From: Planctomycetota bacterium
Lineage (GTDB): Bacteria; Planctomycetota; B15-G4
DNA: 64,000 nucleotides
Assembly: GCA_038212275.1 (NCBI GenBank)
Contig: JBBQUR010000002.1
Coordinates: forward strand, 1 to 64,000
Reading direction: 5' to 3'
Shown here: piece after piece, positions 1 to 8,972 of the stretch
How the letters are laid out: each line of letters starts with the position of its first letter
Position numbering within the stretch: position 1 is the stretch's first letter
The notes under the pieces: generated by a model
What the model saw: only the letters and a program-made list of their open reading frames with translations
Told to the model about the DNA's origin: nothing
Database searches by the model: none
Translations under genes and position numbers: made by a program

Positions 1-76
1 CCGTGCGGTCAGGCTCCAGCGCCAGCCGCACGGCCTCCTGCTTGAACTCGGTGCTGTACTTGCGACGTGATCCCAT
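1..76 (-). CDS. IS3-family transposase OrfA, N-terminal fragment (runs off window)
   Basis: ATG at 76 gives MGSRRKYSTEFKQEAVRLALEPDRT, the typical RRKYSxEFKxEAV HTH start of IS3 OrfA. Not in the supplied ORF track. Confidence 0.85.
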   Translation of the reverse strand, partial: MGSRRKYSTEFKQEAVRLALEPDRT

Positions 77-140
77 GGGCACTCCTTCTCGGAGCATCTT
101 CGGCTCCTATCGGGGTGTCCACCAAACCGGGGCAAGATCA
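1..140 (-). mobile_element. Left end (IRL) of an IS3-family insertion sequence, continuing off the window start
   Basis: Minus strand from 140 reads TGATCTTGCCCCGGTTTGGTGGACACC, a TG-initiated IS3-type inverted repeat. It is followed by an AAGGAG RBS and an OrfA-like start. Confidence 0.85.
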
Positions 141-179
141 ATCAAGGGGTGGGCCGTCGCCCCTTCCGAGTCTCCCCGC

Positions 180-1781
180 ATGTCACGGCCACACGTGCGA
201 AGCACCTGGGCCGCCCTTGGCGTAGCCGTATTTCTGGCCAGCGCGGGCAATCTGCGGCTCTGGAAGGCGCTCATCACGGAATCGACGGCCGTGTCGTGGC
301 CGGTGGTCGCGTGCGGCTTCCTCGTGGTCGCGGCGGTATTCAACCTGCTGTTGCAGGCCGTCGCGCTGCCGTGGCTCTTCAAGCCGGTGGCCGGAGTGCT
401 GCTCGTGTTCTCGGCGGTCACGTCCTACTTCATGCTCGACTACGGCGTGCTCATCGACGTGGGCATGGTGCGCAACACGCTGCAGACCGACGCCGCCGAA
501 GCCGGCGACCTGGTGACGCTGCGCTGCATCGCCTTCATCGCGCTGCTCGGCGTGCTCCCGGCGCTGCTGCTGGCCTTCACGCGCGTTCGATACGCGCCGG
601 CGCGCGCCGAGCTGGCGCTGCGAGCGAAGGTCGTCGCGCTCTCGCTCGTCCTCGGCGCGCTGGCTGCGTGGCCGGCCTACGGCGAGCTGTCCATCGTCGT
701 GCGCGAGAGCCGGGCGCTGAAGTACATGACGAACCCGGTGTGCCCGCTCGCCGCGCTGCTCAAATACGCACGCACCGAGGGCGCCGCCGCATCGGCTCCG
801 CTGGAGCGCATCGCGGCCGATGCGCGCCGCACCGTTGTGGGGCCTTCCGGCAAGCGCAGCATCGTCGTCTTCGTGCTCGGCGAGACGGCCACGGCCAGCC
901 ACTTTTCGCTCAACGGCTACGAGCGCGACACGAACCCCGAGCTGACCGCGCGCGGCGTGCTCAACTTCCCGCAGGTCATGTCCTGCGGCACCTCCACCGC
1001 GGACTCCGTGCCGTGCATGTTCGGTTCTCTGACGCGCAAGGACTACGAGCGCGGCAAGGCCCCGAGCCGCGAGAATCTGCTCGACGTGCTGCAACAGGTC
1101 GGCATCGACGTGCTGTGGCGCGACAACAACTCCGGCTGCAAGGGCGTCTGCGAGCGCGTGCCCCATGAGCCCGTGAACGGCCCCGAGTCGCTGCGACAGG
1201 GCGACGAATACTTCGACGAAGCGCTGCTGACCGGGCTGCAGGAGCATCTCGCCCGCACGGCCGGCGATCTGTTCATCGTGCTGCACCAGAAGGGCAGTCA
1301 CGGCCCCTCGTACTTCAAGCGCTCGCCGCCGGCCTTCAAGCGATTTCTCCCCGAATGCGCGCTCGCGGAACTGCAGGATTGCCCGAGCGAGGAACTCGTC
1401 AACGCCTACGACAACACGATCCTCTACACGGACCACGTGCTCGGCCTGGTGATCGACTTCCTCGCGGCGCAGAGCGCGGACTCGCAGGTCGCCATGCTCT
1501 ACGTCTCCGATCACGGCGAGTCGCTCGGCGAGAACGGCATCTACCTGCACGGCTTCCCGTACTGGCTCGCGCCCGAGGAGCAGAAGCACGTGCCGATGGT
1601 CTTCTGGGCCTCGCCGGACTTCCTTGCCGCGCAGGGCCTGCAGTACACGGACCTCGCCGCGCTGGCCGCACGCGACTACAGCCACGACAACCTGTTTCAC
1701 ACGGTGCTCGGCCTCTTCCGCATCGAGGCCGCCGTCTACGAGCCGGAACTCGACATCTTCGCGGAGCGCCTGCCGCGCTGA
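180..1781 (+). CDS. eptA: Lipid A phosphoethanolamine transferase (EptA/MCR family)
   Basis: N-terminal TM region, VLGETA, catalytic-Thr motif SCGTSTADSVPCMF, LHQKGSHGP and YVSDHGESLGENGIYLHG. ATG at 180 chosen because the longer ORF runs through the IS end. Confidence 0.9.
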   Translation: MSRPHVRSTWAALGVAVFLASAGNLRLWKALITESTAVSWPVVACGFLVVAAVFNLLLQAVALPWLFKPVAGVLLVFSAVTSYFMLDYGVLIDVGMVRNTLQTDAAEAGDLVTLRCIAFIALLGVLPALLLAFTRVRYAPARAELALRAKVVALSLVLGALAAWPAYGELSIVVRESRALKYMTNPVCPLAALLKYARTEGAAASAPLERIAADARRTVVGPSGKRSIVVFVLGETATASHFSLNGYERDTNPELTARGVLNFPQVMSCGTSTADSVPCMFGSLTRKDYERGKAPSRENLLDVLQQVGIDVLWRDNNSGCKGVCERVPHEPVNGPESLRQGDEYFDEALLTGLQEHLARTAGDLFIVLHQKGSHGPSYFKRSPPAFKRFLPECALAELQDCPSEELVNAYDNTILYTDHVLGLVIDFLAAQSADSQVAMLYVSDHGESLGENGIYLHGFPYWLAPEEQKHVPMVFWASPDFLAAQGLQYTDLAALAARDYSHDNLFHTVLGLFRIEAAVYEPELDIFAERLPR

Positions 1782-2097
1782 CTTCAGCGTGCAGCGACCT
1801 GCCGGACGGCCTGGCATTCAAGGCACCGGATCACCGCCGGCGCTGCAACCGCCCGATCTTCGCGAGTCGCCGCAACGCGTCGGCGGCAAGCTCGACAGCG
1901 ACAAAGAGCGCACGCGGATCGGCAGGCACGACAAGGCATTTGCCAATCAAGGAATCGGGCACTGCGCGGATGAAACCGTGGCTGCTCCCATCCGTCATCC
2001 CTCACGGACCCACATCAGCCCGTCCACCGCGCACACCGGACTCGGGTCCTTTCCGGCCGCGCCTGATAGGATCACTGCCTTGCCCGAGCCCGCCTTC

Positions 2098-2313
2098 ATG
2101 AACCTGCGCATCGAACTCGATCGAGAGACGGACGGCCGCTGGATTGCGGAGGTCGTCGATCTGCCAGGCGCAGTGGCCTACGGCGACTCGCGCGACGACG
2201 CACTTTCGGCCGCCAAGGCATTGGCGCTCCGAGTGCTCGCCGATCGCCTCGAAGCCGGCGAGTTGCGCGCTGACGACTGCGCCGACGTGCACTTCATTCC
2301 CGCCGCAGCATGA
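2098..2313 (+). CDS. hicB: HicB-family antitoxin (short)
   Basis: MNLRIELDRETDGRWIAEVVDLPGAVAYGDSRDDAL; its stop overlaps the HicA start (ATGA). Possible alternative in-frame TTG start at 2080. Confidence 0.85.
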   Translation: MNLRIELDRETDGRWIAEVVDLPGAVAYGDSRDDALSAAKALALRVLADRLEAGELRADDCADVHFIPAAA

Positions 2314-2525
2314 GCCGCTGGCCTTCCGCCCGGGCCTCCCGGGCGCTGGCCGCGCTGCTGCGCATCGGCTGGTCCGTCAAGCGGCGCAGCGGTGGGTCGC
2401 ACGTCGTGCTTCAACGAGAGGGCTGGCCCGATTTCGTCTGGGCCTTTCATGACTCCGTCGAGATCGGTCCACGTTTGCTCGCCCGCATCGCGAAGCACAC
2501 GGGCCTTCAGCCGCACGATGTGTGA
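2310..2525 (+). CDS. hicA: HicA-family toxin (mRNA interferase)
   Basis: 71 aa, LLRIGWSVKRRSGGSHVVL...FHDSVEIGPRLLARIAK with the conserved GSH. Confidence 0.88.
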   Translation: MSRWPSARASRALAALLRIGWSVKRRSGGSHVVLQREGWPDFVWAFHDSVEIGPRLLARIAKHTGLQPHDV

Positions 2526-2593
2526 ACACGCCTCTAACCTTTGGCGCGTTCATTCTTCAGCGCACGCCAGCGTCGCGTGCGCCTCGCGGCGGT

Positions 2594-3169
2594 TCAGTCG
2601 TCGTCTTCCTCATCCCCTTCGTCGTCGTCATCGTCGTGCTTGCTCGCGCGCAGGATCTCGTCGTCGACGATGCGACCGGTCGCGTCGAACTGCATCTCGT
2701 GCCGCTTGCCATCGACGGTCAGCAGGACCTCGAAGGTCGGCTTGTCGCGCGTGTTCGGCGTGACGCTGCGTTCGATGGCCTCCACCGTGCCGTGCGCGCC
2801 CTTCGCAGCTGTCAAGGCCGTCGCCACCGCAGCCGGGAGCTCGGCTTCCGTGATCCGCTCCTCCTCCGAGAGCACCGTGCCATCCAGCAGCAGCGTGACT
2901 TCCAGAGTGCGGACACCGGCGGCGCCCGGCACATGGAGGATCGCCTCCCAGGCCTGCTGCCCGTCCTCGTTCTCGGCGCCGTCGCGCACGACGGTGGCGC
3001 CCGGGTAGTGCCGGGCCAGCGCGGCGGTCACCGAAGCCGGCGCGGCAGCGTGCATCGCGCCTGCGTGAGGCTTGTCAGGGTCGTTGCCGGACGAGCAGGC
3101 GCCGACCGTCGCAGCGAGCAGCGCGCAGCAGAATGGCAGCGAGCGACGTATGAGTGATGTGATGCGCAT
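2594..3169 (-). CDS. PepSY-like domain lipoprotein with acidic tail
   Basis: Lipobox TVGAC, ITEAELPAAV motif, two PepSY-like units and a C-terminal DDDDDEGDEEDDD. Divergent from the two-component system. Confidence 0.65.
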   Translation of the reverse strand: MRITSLIRRSLPFCCALLAATVGACSSGNDPDKPHAGAMHAAAPASVTAALARHYPGATVVRDGAENEDGQQAWEAILHVPGAAGVRTLEVTLLLDGTVLSEEERITEAELPAAVATALTAAKGAHGTVEAIERSVTPNTRDKPTFEVLLTVDGKRHEMQFDATGRIVDDEILRASKHDDDDDEGDEEDDD

Positions 3170-3296
3170 GGGACAGCTTCCTGGGGAAATGGTCACGGGC
3201 GCCGAGTGTCCCGACCCCGCGTGAGGCGTCCATGAGCGTCTCGCGCCGGCGCGCTGCGGCGGCCGTCACCGGCCGCCACGGCGCTACACTCGCGCC

Positions 3297-3965
3297 ATGC
3301 GGATTCTGGTGGTCGAGGACGAGGTGGAACTGGCGCGCAACGTCGCGCGGGCCATCCAGGAAGCCGGCATGTCCGCGGATGTCGCGCTGGACGGCGAGCG
3401 CGGCCTGGCGCTGGCCGTCCAGCACGACTACGACGCCGTGCTGCTGGACCTGCTGCTGCCGCGCCGCTCCGGCCTCGACCTGCTGCACGAGCTCAAGCGC
3501 CTCAAGCCGACCCTGCCCGTGATCGTGACCACCGCGCTCGATCGCGTGGAGGACGTCGTGACCGGGCTTGACCGCGGCGCGGACGACTACCTCGCCAAGC
3601 CCTTCGCGCTGGCCGAGCTGCTCGCGCGGTTGCGCGCCGTGCTGCGCCGCGGGCGGCTGCCGGAGTCCACCGTGCGACTCGGCAACCTGGAGGTGGACAC
3701 CGCGGCGCGCCTCGTGCGCCGCGGTGGCGCGCCCATCGAGCTCACGCCGCGCCAGTACGGGCTGCTGCTGCTCTTCCTGCACCATCGCGGCGAGGCGCTG
3801 TCGCGCGAACAGATCGGCGCGCGGCTCATCGACCGCGACTTCGAGGCCACCTCCAACATGATCGATGTCGCGGTCTGCGGCCTGCGCGCGAAGCTCGGCG
3901 CGCCCGACCTGATCAGCACCGTGCGCGGGCTCGGCTATCGCCTCGACGACGGCGCGCCGGCGTGA
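3297..3965 (+). CDS. OmpR-family response regulator
   Basis: MRILVVEDE, LLDLLLP, GADDYLAKPF and winged-helix TVRGLGYRL. Confidence 0.95.
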   Translation: MRILVVEDEVELARNVARAIQEAGMSADVALDGERGLALAVQHDYDAVLLDLLLPRRSGLDLLHELKRLKPTLPVIVTTALDRVEDVVTGLDRGADDYLAKPFALAELLARLRAVLRRGRLPESTVRLGNLEVDTAARLVRRGGAPIELTPRQYGLLLLFLHHRGEALSREQIGARLIDRDFEATSNMIDVAVCGLRAKLGAPDLISTVRGLGYRLDDGAPA

Positions 3966-5575
3966 TGCTGTCCGGCGTGCTGCGCACGATCCGCACGCGC
4001 GTGGCGCTGGCGACCTGCCTGCTGCTGGCGGCGGTGCTCACGGTCACGGGGCTGGTGGTCGACAGCGAGGACGGGCGGCAGGAGCTGGCCGCGCTGGACC
4101 AGCGGCTCAACTCCGAGGCGCGGGCGCTGGCGCAACTCGTGCGCTTCGACGGTGAGCGCGTCTGGCTGGAGTTCGAAGACGAGACACTGACCGACTTCGC
4201 GGCGCGTGGCAACGGCGCCTACTTCCAGGTGTCCACGGCGGCGGGCCTCGTCGAACGCTCCCGGTCGCTGGGCGAAGCGTCGTTGCCGGAGCCGGAGGCA
4301 GCCGCGTTCGCGGCGTCGCCCACGGCCACCGCGCCCGTCGCCATGCTGCGCACGCTGGACGGGCCGTTCGAGTCGCGCGCGCGCATGGTCACCCTCGTGC
4401 TGACGCGCCCCGTCAGCGCCGACGACGAGGACGACGCGCCCGACGCGCTGATCCCGTCGCAGGCGCCGGATGGGCAGCGTGGCAAGGCCGGAGGAGTCGC
4501 GCGGGGCGCGCCGCAGGATCAAGAGCGGCAGGCCTCGGGCGTCGAGGTGGCGGTGGAGGTGGCGCGCTCGCTGGCGGGCGTGGAGCTGGCGCAGGCGCAA
4601 CTGCGCCAGGCGCTCGGCGTCGCGCTGCCGCTCGCGCTGCTCGTGGCCACGCTGGGTGCCTTCCTCGTGGCGCAGCGCGCGACGCGGCCGATCCTGCGGA
4701 TGAGCGCGGAAGCCGGCGGCATCGCGGCGGGAGCGCTGGAGTCGCGCATCGACCTGCAGCGCACCGACGGCGAGCTGCTGCAACTGGGCCGCACGATCAA
4801 CGAGGCCTTCGACCGGCTGGCCGACGCGGCCGCGCGCGAGCGGCGCTTCTCGGCGGACGTTTCCCACGAGCTGCGCACGCCGCTGGCCGTGCTGCGCTCC
4901 GCGAGCGAACTGGCCCTGTCGCGCGAGCGCAGCGGCGCAGAGTATCGCGACGCGCTGCAGCAGGTGCAGTCTGCGAGCCTGCGCATGCAGCGGCTCATCG
5001 ATGAGCTGCTGCTGCTCGCGCGCTGCGAGTCGTGGCAGCCGTCATCCGAGGTCCTCGACCTGCGCGCGGTCGTGCAGCGCGCAGTGTCCGCAGTGTCCGC
5101 AATGGCCGCGGCGGGCCAGCCGGCGATGGCCGCGCCCGACGCGGCTGCTGCGCATGGCCATGTGCAGGTCCACCTCGGAACCGAGCCGCTGCCCGTGCGT
5201 GGCAGCGCCGTCCTGCTGCAGCGCGTGGTCGAGTCGCTGGTGGAGAACGCGCGGCGCCACGGCGGGACAGAGACGCCCATCGAAGTGCGCGCGGAGGACG
5301 TCGGCGGCCACGTGGAGCTGTCCGTCGCAGACTGCGGCCCGGGCTTTCCGCACGAGCTCCTGCCGCGCGTGTTCGAGCGCTTCGCCCGCGGCGACGCCTC
5401 GCGCAGTCGCGAGAGCGGCGGCGCCGGGCTGGGGCTCGCCATCGTGCGGGCCGTCGCCCGCGCCCACGGCGGCGATGCGCAGGCCGGGCCGCGGCAAGGC
5501 GGCGGCGCGCGCGTCGTCGTGACGCTGCCGCTCGCAGCCGGCGACCCCGGACAGCAGGCGCCATTGGCCTGCTGA
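3962..5575 (+). CDS. Sensor histidine kinase (HAMP, HisKA, HATPase)
   Basis: Two TM segments, DVSHELRTPL, VADCGPG and GAGLGLAIV; overlaps the regulator stop. Confidence 0.93.
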   Translation: MMLSGVLRTIRTRVALATCLLLAAVLTVTGLVVDSEDGRQELAALDQRLNSEARALAQLVRFDGERVWLEFEDETLTDFAARGNGAYFQVSTAAGLVERSRSLGEASLPEPEAAAFAASPTATAPVAMLRTLDGPFESRARMVTLVLTRPVSADDEDDAPDALIPSQAPDGQRGKAGGVARGAPQDQERQASGVEVAVEVARSLAGVELAQAQLRQALGVALPLALLVATLGAFLVAQRATRPILRMSAEAGGIAAGALESRIDLQRTDGELLQLGRTINEAFDRLADAAARERRFSADVSHELRTPLAVLRSASELALSRERSGAEYRDALQQVQSASLRMQRLIDELLLLARCESWQPSSEVLDLRAVVQRAVSAVSAMAAAGQPAMAAPDAAAAHGHVQVHLGTEPLPVRGSAVLLQRVVESLVENARRHGGTETPIEVRAEDVGGHVELSVADCGPGFPHELLPRVFERFARGDASRSRESGGAGLGLAIVRAVARAHGGDAQAGPRQGGGARVVVTLPLAAGDPGQQAPLAC

Positions 5576-5712
5576 CATCCGCGGCCGCATGAGTCGCTCC
5601 ACGTCGAGCGCGTGATCAGGACTGTGCGGCACGCCTGCACCCACCAGGTCATCGCGGCTCGCTTGCGCGCACGTCCTGAACCAGCACAGTCGGCCAGCGC
5701 CGATTCGCGGCG

Positions 5713-8367
5713 CTAACTCACTCCTGCCGCGCGCAGCGCGGCGAGCACTCGATCCGGCGTGAAGGGCAGTTTCGTGAACCAGATCCCCGTCGCGTCGAAG
5801 AGTGCGTTCGCGATTGCGGGCAGGCTGCCGTGCAGCGGACCTTCGCCCGCCTCCTTCGCACCGTAGGGGCCTTCCGGATCGATGGATTCCACGATGAGCG
5901 CTTCCATCTCCGGCGTGTCGAGCGTGGTCGGGATCGTGTACTCGAGCAGCGACGGGCGCATGTGCAGGCCGGCTTCGGGCAGCGGGCGCACGGCTGGCCC
6001 GCCGGCGCTCGCGCCGCCGGCACCCGCTGCGGCCACGCGCGCGCCGCCCGCGCCGCGGCCGTCGGCGGTGAACTCCGGATACACCTCGTGGTGCTCCAGC
6101 GTCACCTCGGCGACGCCCATGTAGGTGCTGCCCTCGATCTGCCCCTCCACCTGCACGGGCGAGATGGCGCGGCCGCAGTCGTGCGCGATCCACACCTTGG
6201 GGACGCGCACCTCGCCGGTCTCGACGTCCACCTCGACCTCCGCGACGTGCGCGGTGAACGAGTAGGCCGGCGACGCGCCGATGGTGCCGCCGCGATAGTC
6301 GCCGCCGCGCTCGGGCGTGTTGTACGAGCCGCTCGCCGACAGCGACTCGAACTTCGCCTCCGCGAGCTGGAAGGCTTCCTGCGAAGTGAGGCAGCGCGAC
6401 GGATTGTCGCCGCTCGCCCCCGCGGTGGCGCCGGCCGCTGCGTGCCCAGGATCCTCGCGATCGAAGGCGAAGCCGTCCGCGAGCATGACCTGCTTCGGGG
6501 GAATGCCGAGTTTCTCGCCGACGGCGTCCTGGATCTGGTCGCGCAGCTTGCGCGCGGCGTCCACGGCGGCGTTGCCGGCCATGAGCGTGATGCGCGAGCT
6601 GTAGGCGCCGAGGTCCACCGGCGTGAGGTCGCTGTCCGCGGAGACGACGCGCACCTGGTCGAGGCGCAGGCCCAGCTCTTCCGCGACGATCATCGCCATG
6701 ACGGAGTTGCTGCCCTGGCCGATGTCCGACGTGCCGGTGTAGACCATCGCGAGGCCGCTGCGATCGAGCCGCACCATGATGCCGGCCTGCGGCATGTCGT
6801 TGGGATACACGGCGTAGTTCGTGCCGGAGATGTACATCGAGCCCGCGATGCCGATGCCGCGCAGCACGCGCCGGCCGTCGGGAGTGGTCGTCGCGAGGCG
6901 CGCCGCGGCGGCGTCGGCGGCCGCGGCGGCGGAGGCGGAGGCGGAGGCGCCGGTCGCCCCGCTCGCCGCAGCGGCGTCGGCGCGAGTGCCGCCGGCTCCC
7001 GGCGCGGAGTTGAGTTTTCCGCGCTTCGCTTTCCAGCCACTCGCGCGCTCGACCTCGTCGAGGCATTGCAGGAAGCCGTTGCTCGTGACGAGCTGGCCGT
7101 TGACGGTGCGCGTGTCGGGGTCGATGCAGTTGCGGCGGCGGAACTCGATCGGGTCGATGCCGAGCTTCGCGGCGAGGCGGTCGAGCTGGATCTCCAGCGC
7201 GAAGCGCGGCTGCACGCTGCCGTGACCGCGCTTGGGGCCGCACGGCGGCTTGTTGGTGAACACGCGCGTGCTGTCGAAGCGATACGTCGGGAAGTCCGTC
7301 GGCCCGCAGAGGAGCTGGCCCGAGTAATACGTGGTGACGAGGCCGAAGGACGAGTAGCTGCCGCCGTCGATGAGGATGCGGCTGTCCACGGCGGTGACCT
7401 TGCCGCGCTCGTCGCAGCCCGTGCGGAAGTGCATCGCCATCGGGTGGCGGCCGCGATGCGTGTAGAAGGTCTCTTCGCGCGTGAGCAGGAACTTCACCGG
7501 GCGCCGCGTGCGCAGCGCGAGCAGGCACGCGCAGAACTCGAAGTAGAACGGGTCGCTCTTGCCGCCGAACGCGCCGCCGAGATTGGGCTGGATGACGCGG
7601 ATGCGATGCGCCGGCATCTCCAGCACGCGTGCCAGGGCGCGGTGCACGTAATGCGGGATCTGCGTGGACGACCACAGCGTGAGCACGCCGTTGCCGTCCA
7701 CCTGCGCGACCGCGCAGTGCGGCTCGATCGGCGCGTGCGCCGTGCCGTGGAACTGGTAGTCGTCCTCCACCACCACTGCGCTCTTCGCCAGCGCCGCATC
7801 CACGTCGCCGAACTCCAGCTTCACGTGCTTGGAGATGTTGTTCGCCGGCACCGCCGGCTTGCTGCCCGACGCGGGCCGGCCGTTGTCATGAATGGCCGGG
7901 CTGCCCTGGCGCAGCGCCTTCTGCGGATCGAGGAAGGGCTCGAGCACCTCGTAGTCCACACGGATGAGCGCCAGCGCGGCGTTCGCGGTGTCCTCGTCCA
8001 CGGCGGCGACGGCCGCGACCTCGTCGCCGACGAAGCGCACCTTGTCCAGCGCGAGCGCGTTCTCGTCCTGCGTCCACGGGATGACGCCGTACGTGATCGG
8101 CATGTCCTTGCCGGTGATGACCGCGTGCACGCCGCGCAATGCCAGCGCCGCGCTCGCATCGATCGACCGGATGCGCGCATGCGGGTGCGGACTGCGCAGC
8201 GTCTTGGCGTGCAGCATGCCCGGCAGCGCGATGTCGTCCGCGTAGACCGCCTGCCCCGTCGCCTTGTGGATGCCGTCCACCTTGCGCACGCGCTTGCCGA
8301 CGACGTGGAACTCGCCGTGCGGGGCGCCGGGCCCGTGCGTGCGGTTGATGGACTTGCGCTCGTCCAT
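5713..8367 (-). CDS. Xanthine dehydrogenase-family molybdopterin-binding subunit (4-hydroxybenzoyl-CoA reductase alpha-like)
   Basis: LRSPHPHARI, GGAFGGK, PCGPKRGHG, DIGQGS, QVEGQIEG and GPYGAKEAGE. Start MDERK overlaps the upstream stop. Confidence 0.9.
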   Translation of the reverse strand: MDERKSINRTHGPGAPHGEFHVVGKRVRKVDGIHKATGQAVYADDIALPGMLHAKTLRSPHPHARIRSIDASAALALRGVHAVITGKDMPITYGVIPWTQDENALALDKVRFVGDEVAAVAAVDEDTANAALALIRVDYEVLEPFLDPQKALRQGSPAIHDNGRPASGSKPAVPANNISKHVKLEFGDVDAALAKSAVVVEDDYQFHGTAHAPIEPHCAVAQVDGNGVLTLWSSTQIPHYVHRALARVLEMPAHRIRVIQPNLGGAFGGKSDPFYFEFCACLLALRTRRPVKFLLTREETFYTHRGRHPMAMHFRTGCDERGKVTAVDSRILIDGGSYSSFGLVTTYYSGQLLCGPTDFPTYRFDSTRVFTNKPPCGPKRGHGSVQPRFALEIQLDRLAAKLGIDPIEFRRRNCIDPDTRTVNGQLVTSNGFLQCLDEVERASGWKAKRGKLNSAPGAGGTRADAAAASGATGASASASAAAAADAAAARLATTTPDGRRVLRGIGIAGSMYISGTNYAVYPNDMPQAGIMVRLDRSGLAMVYTGTSDIGQGSNSVMAMIVAEELGLRLDQVRVVSADSDLTPVDLGAYSSRITLMAGNAAVDAARKLRDQIQDAVGEKLGIPPKQVMLADGFAFDREDPGHAAAGATAGASGDNPSRCLTSQEAFQLAEAKFESLSASGSYNTPERGGDYRGGTIGASPAYSFTAHVAEVEVDVETGEVRVPKVWIAHDCGRAISPVQVEGQIEGSTYMGVAEVTLEHHEVYPEFTADGRGAGGARVAAAGAGGASAGGPAVRPLPEAGLHMRPSLLEYTIPTTLDTPEMEALIVESIDPEGPYGAKEAGEGPLHGSLPAIANALFDATGIWFTKLPFTPDRVLAALRAAGVS

Positions 8368-8852
8368 CAGCGCTCGGCCTGCTGCGTGAGCCGGCACGCG
8401 TGCTCCACCGCCTCGTGGATCTTGGTGTATCCCGTGCAGCGGCAGAGGTTGGAGGCGAGCGCGGCCTTGATCTCGTCGCGGCTCGCGCGCGGGTTTTCGG
8501 TGACGAGCTGGCGCGCGGCCATGATCATTCCGGGCTGGCAGAAGCCGCACTGCAGGCAGCCGCTCTCGTCGAAGCAGCGCTGCACGACGTCGGGGCCGTC
8601 CGCGCCGACGAGGCCTTCGATCGTGGTGACACGCCGCCCCTCGACGTCCGCGGCGAGCGTGAGGCACGAGAGAATGGCCTTGCCGTCCACGTGCAGCGTG
8701 CACGCGCCGCAGTCGCCCTTGTCGCAGCCCTGCTTGCTGCCCGTGAGGCCCGCGCGATAGCGGAGCACCTCCAGCAGGGTCCAGTGGTCGGGCGCCGCGA
8801 TCTCCGCGGCGTCCCCGTTGAGCGTGAAGTGGAGGATGCGCACGCGGGGCAT
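8367..8852 (-). CDS. 2Fe-2S subunit of XDH-family enzyme (CoxS/HcrC-like)
   Basis: GCDKGDCGACT, QCGFCQPG and NLCRCTGY. GTG at 8843 is a plausible alternative leaderless start. Confidence 0.93.
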   Translation of the reverse strand: MPRVRILHFTLNGDAAEIAAPDHWTLLEVLRYRAGLTGSKQGCDKGDCGACTLHVDGKAILSCLTLAADVEGRRVTTIEGLVGADGPDVVQRCFDESGCLQCGFCQPGMIMAARQLVTENPRASRDEIKAALASNLCRCTGYTKIHEAVEHACRLTQQAER

Positions 8853-8972
8853 CGTAGCGGCCGGCCTCTCCGCGACAAGCGACCTGCGGGCCACGTTCCG
8901 CGGCTCCTGCCGAAGCCCGCGGCTGCGTGAGCGCGCGCCCCGCGGACCCGGGTGGGCGCAGAGGGCCGAGCC

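Noticed and set aside
3..179. N-terminal extension of the 592-aa eptA ORF
   Set aside because: It is the antisense of the IS3 end and orfA; the protein plausibly starts at ATG 180.
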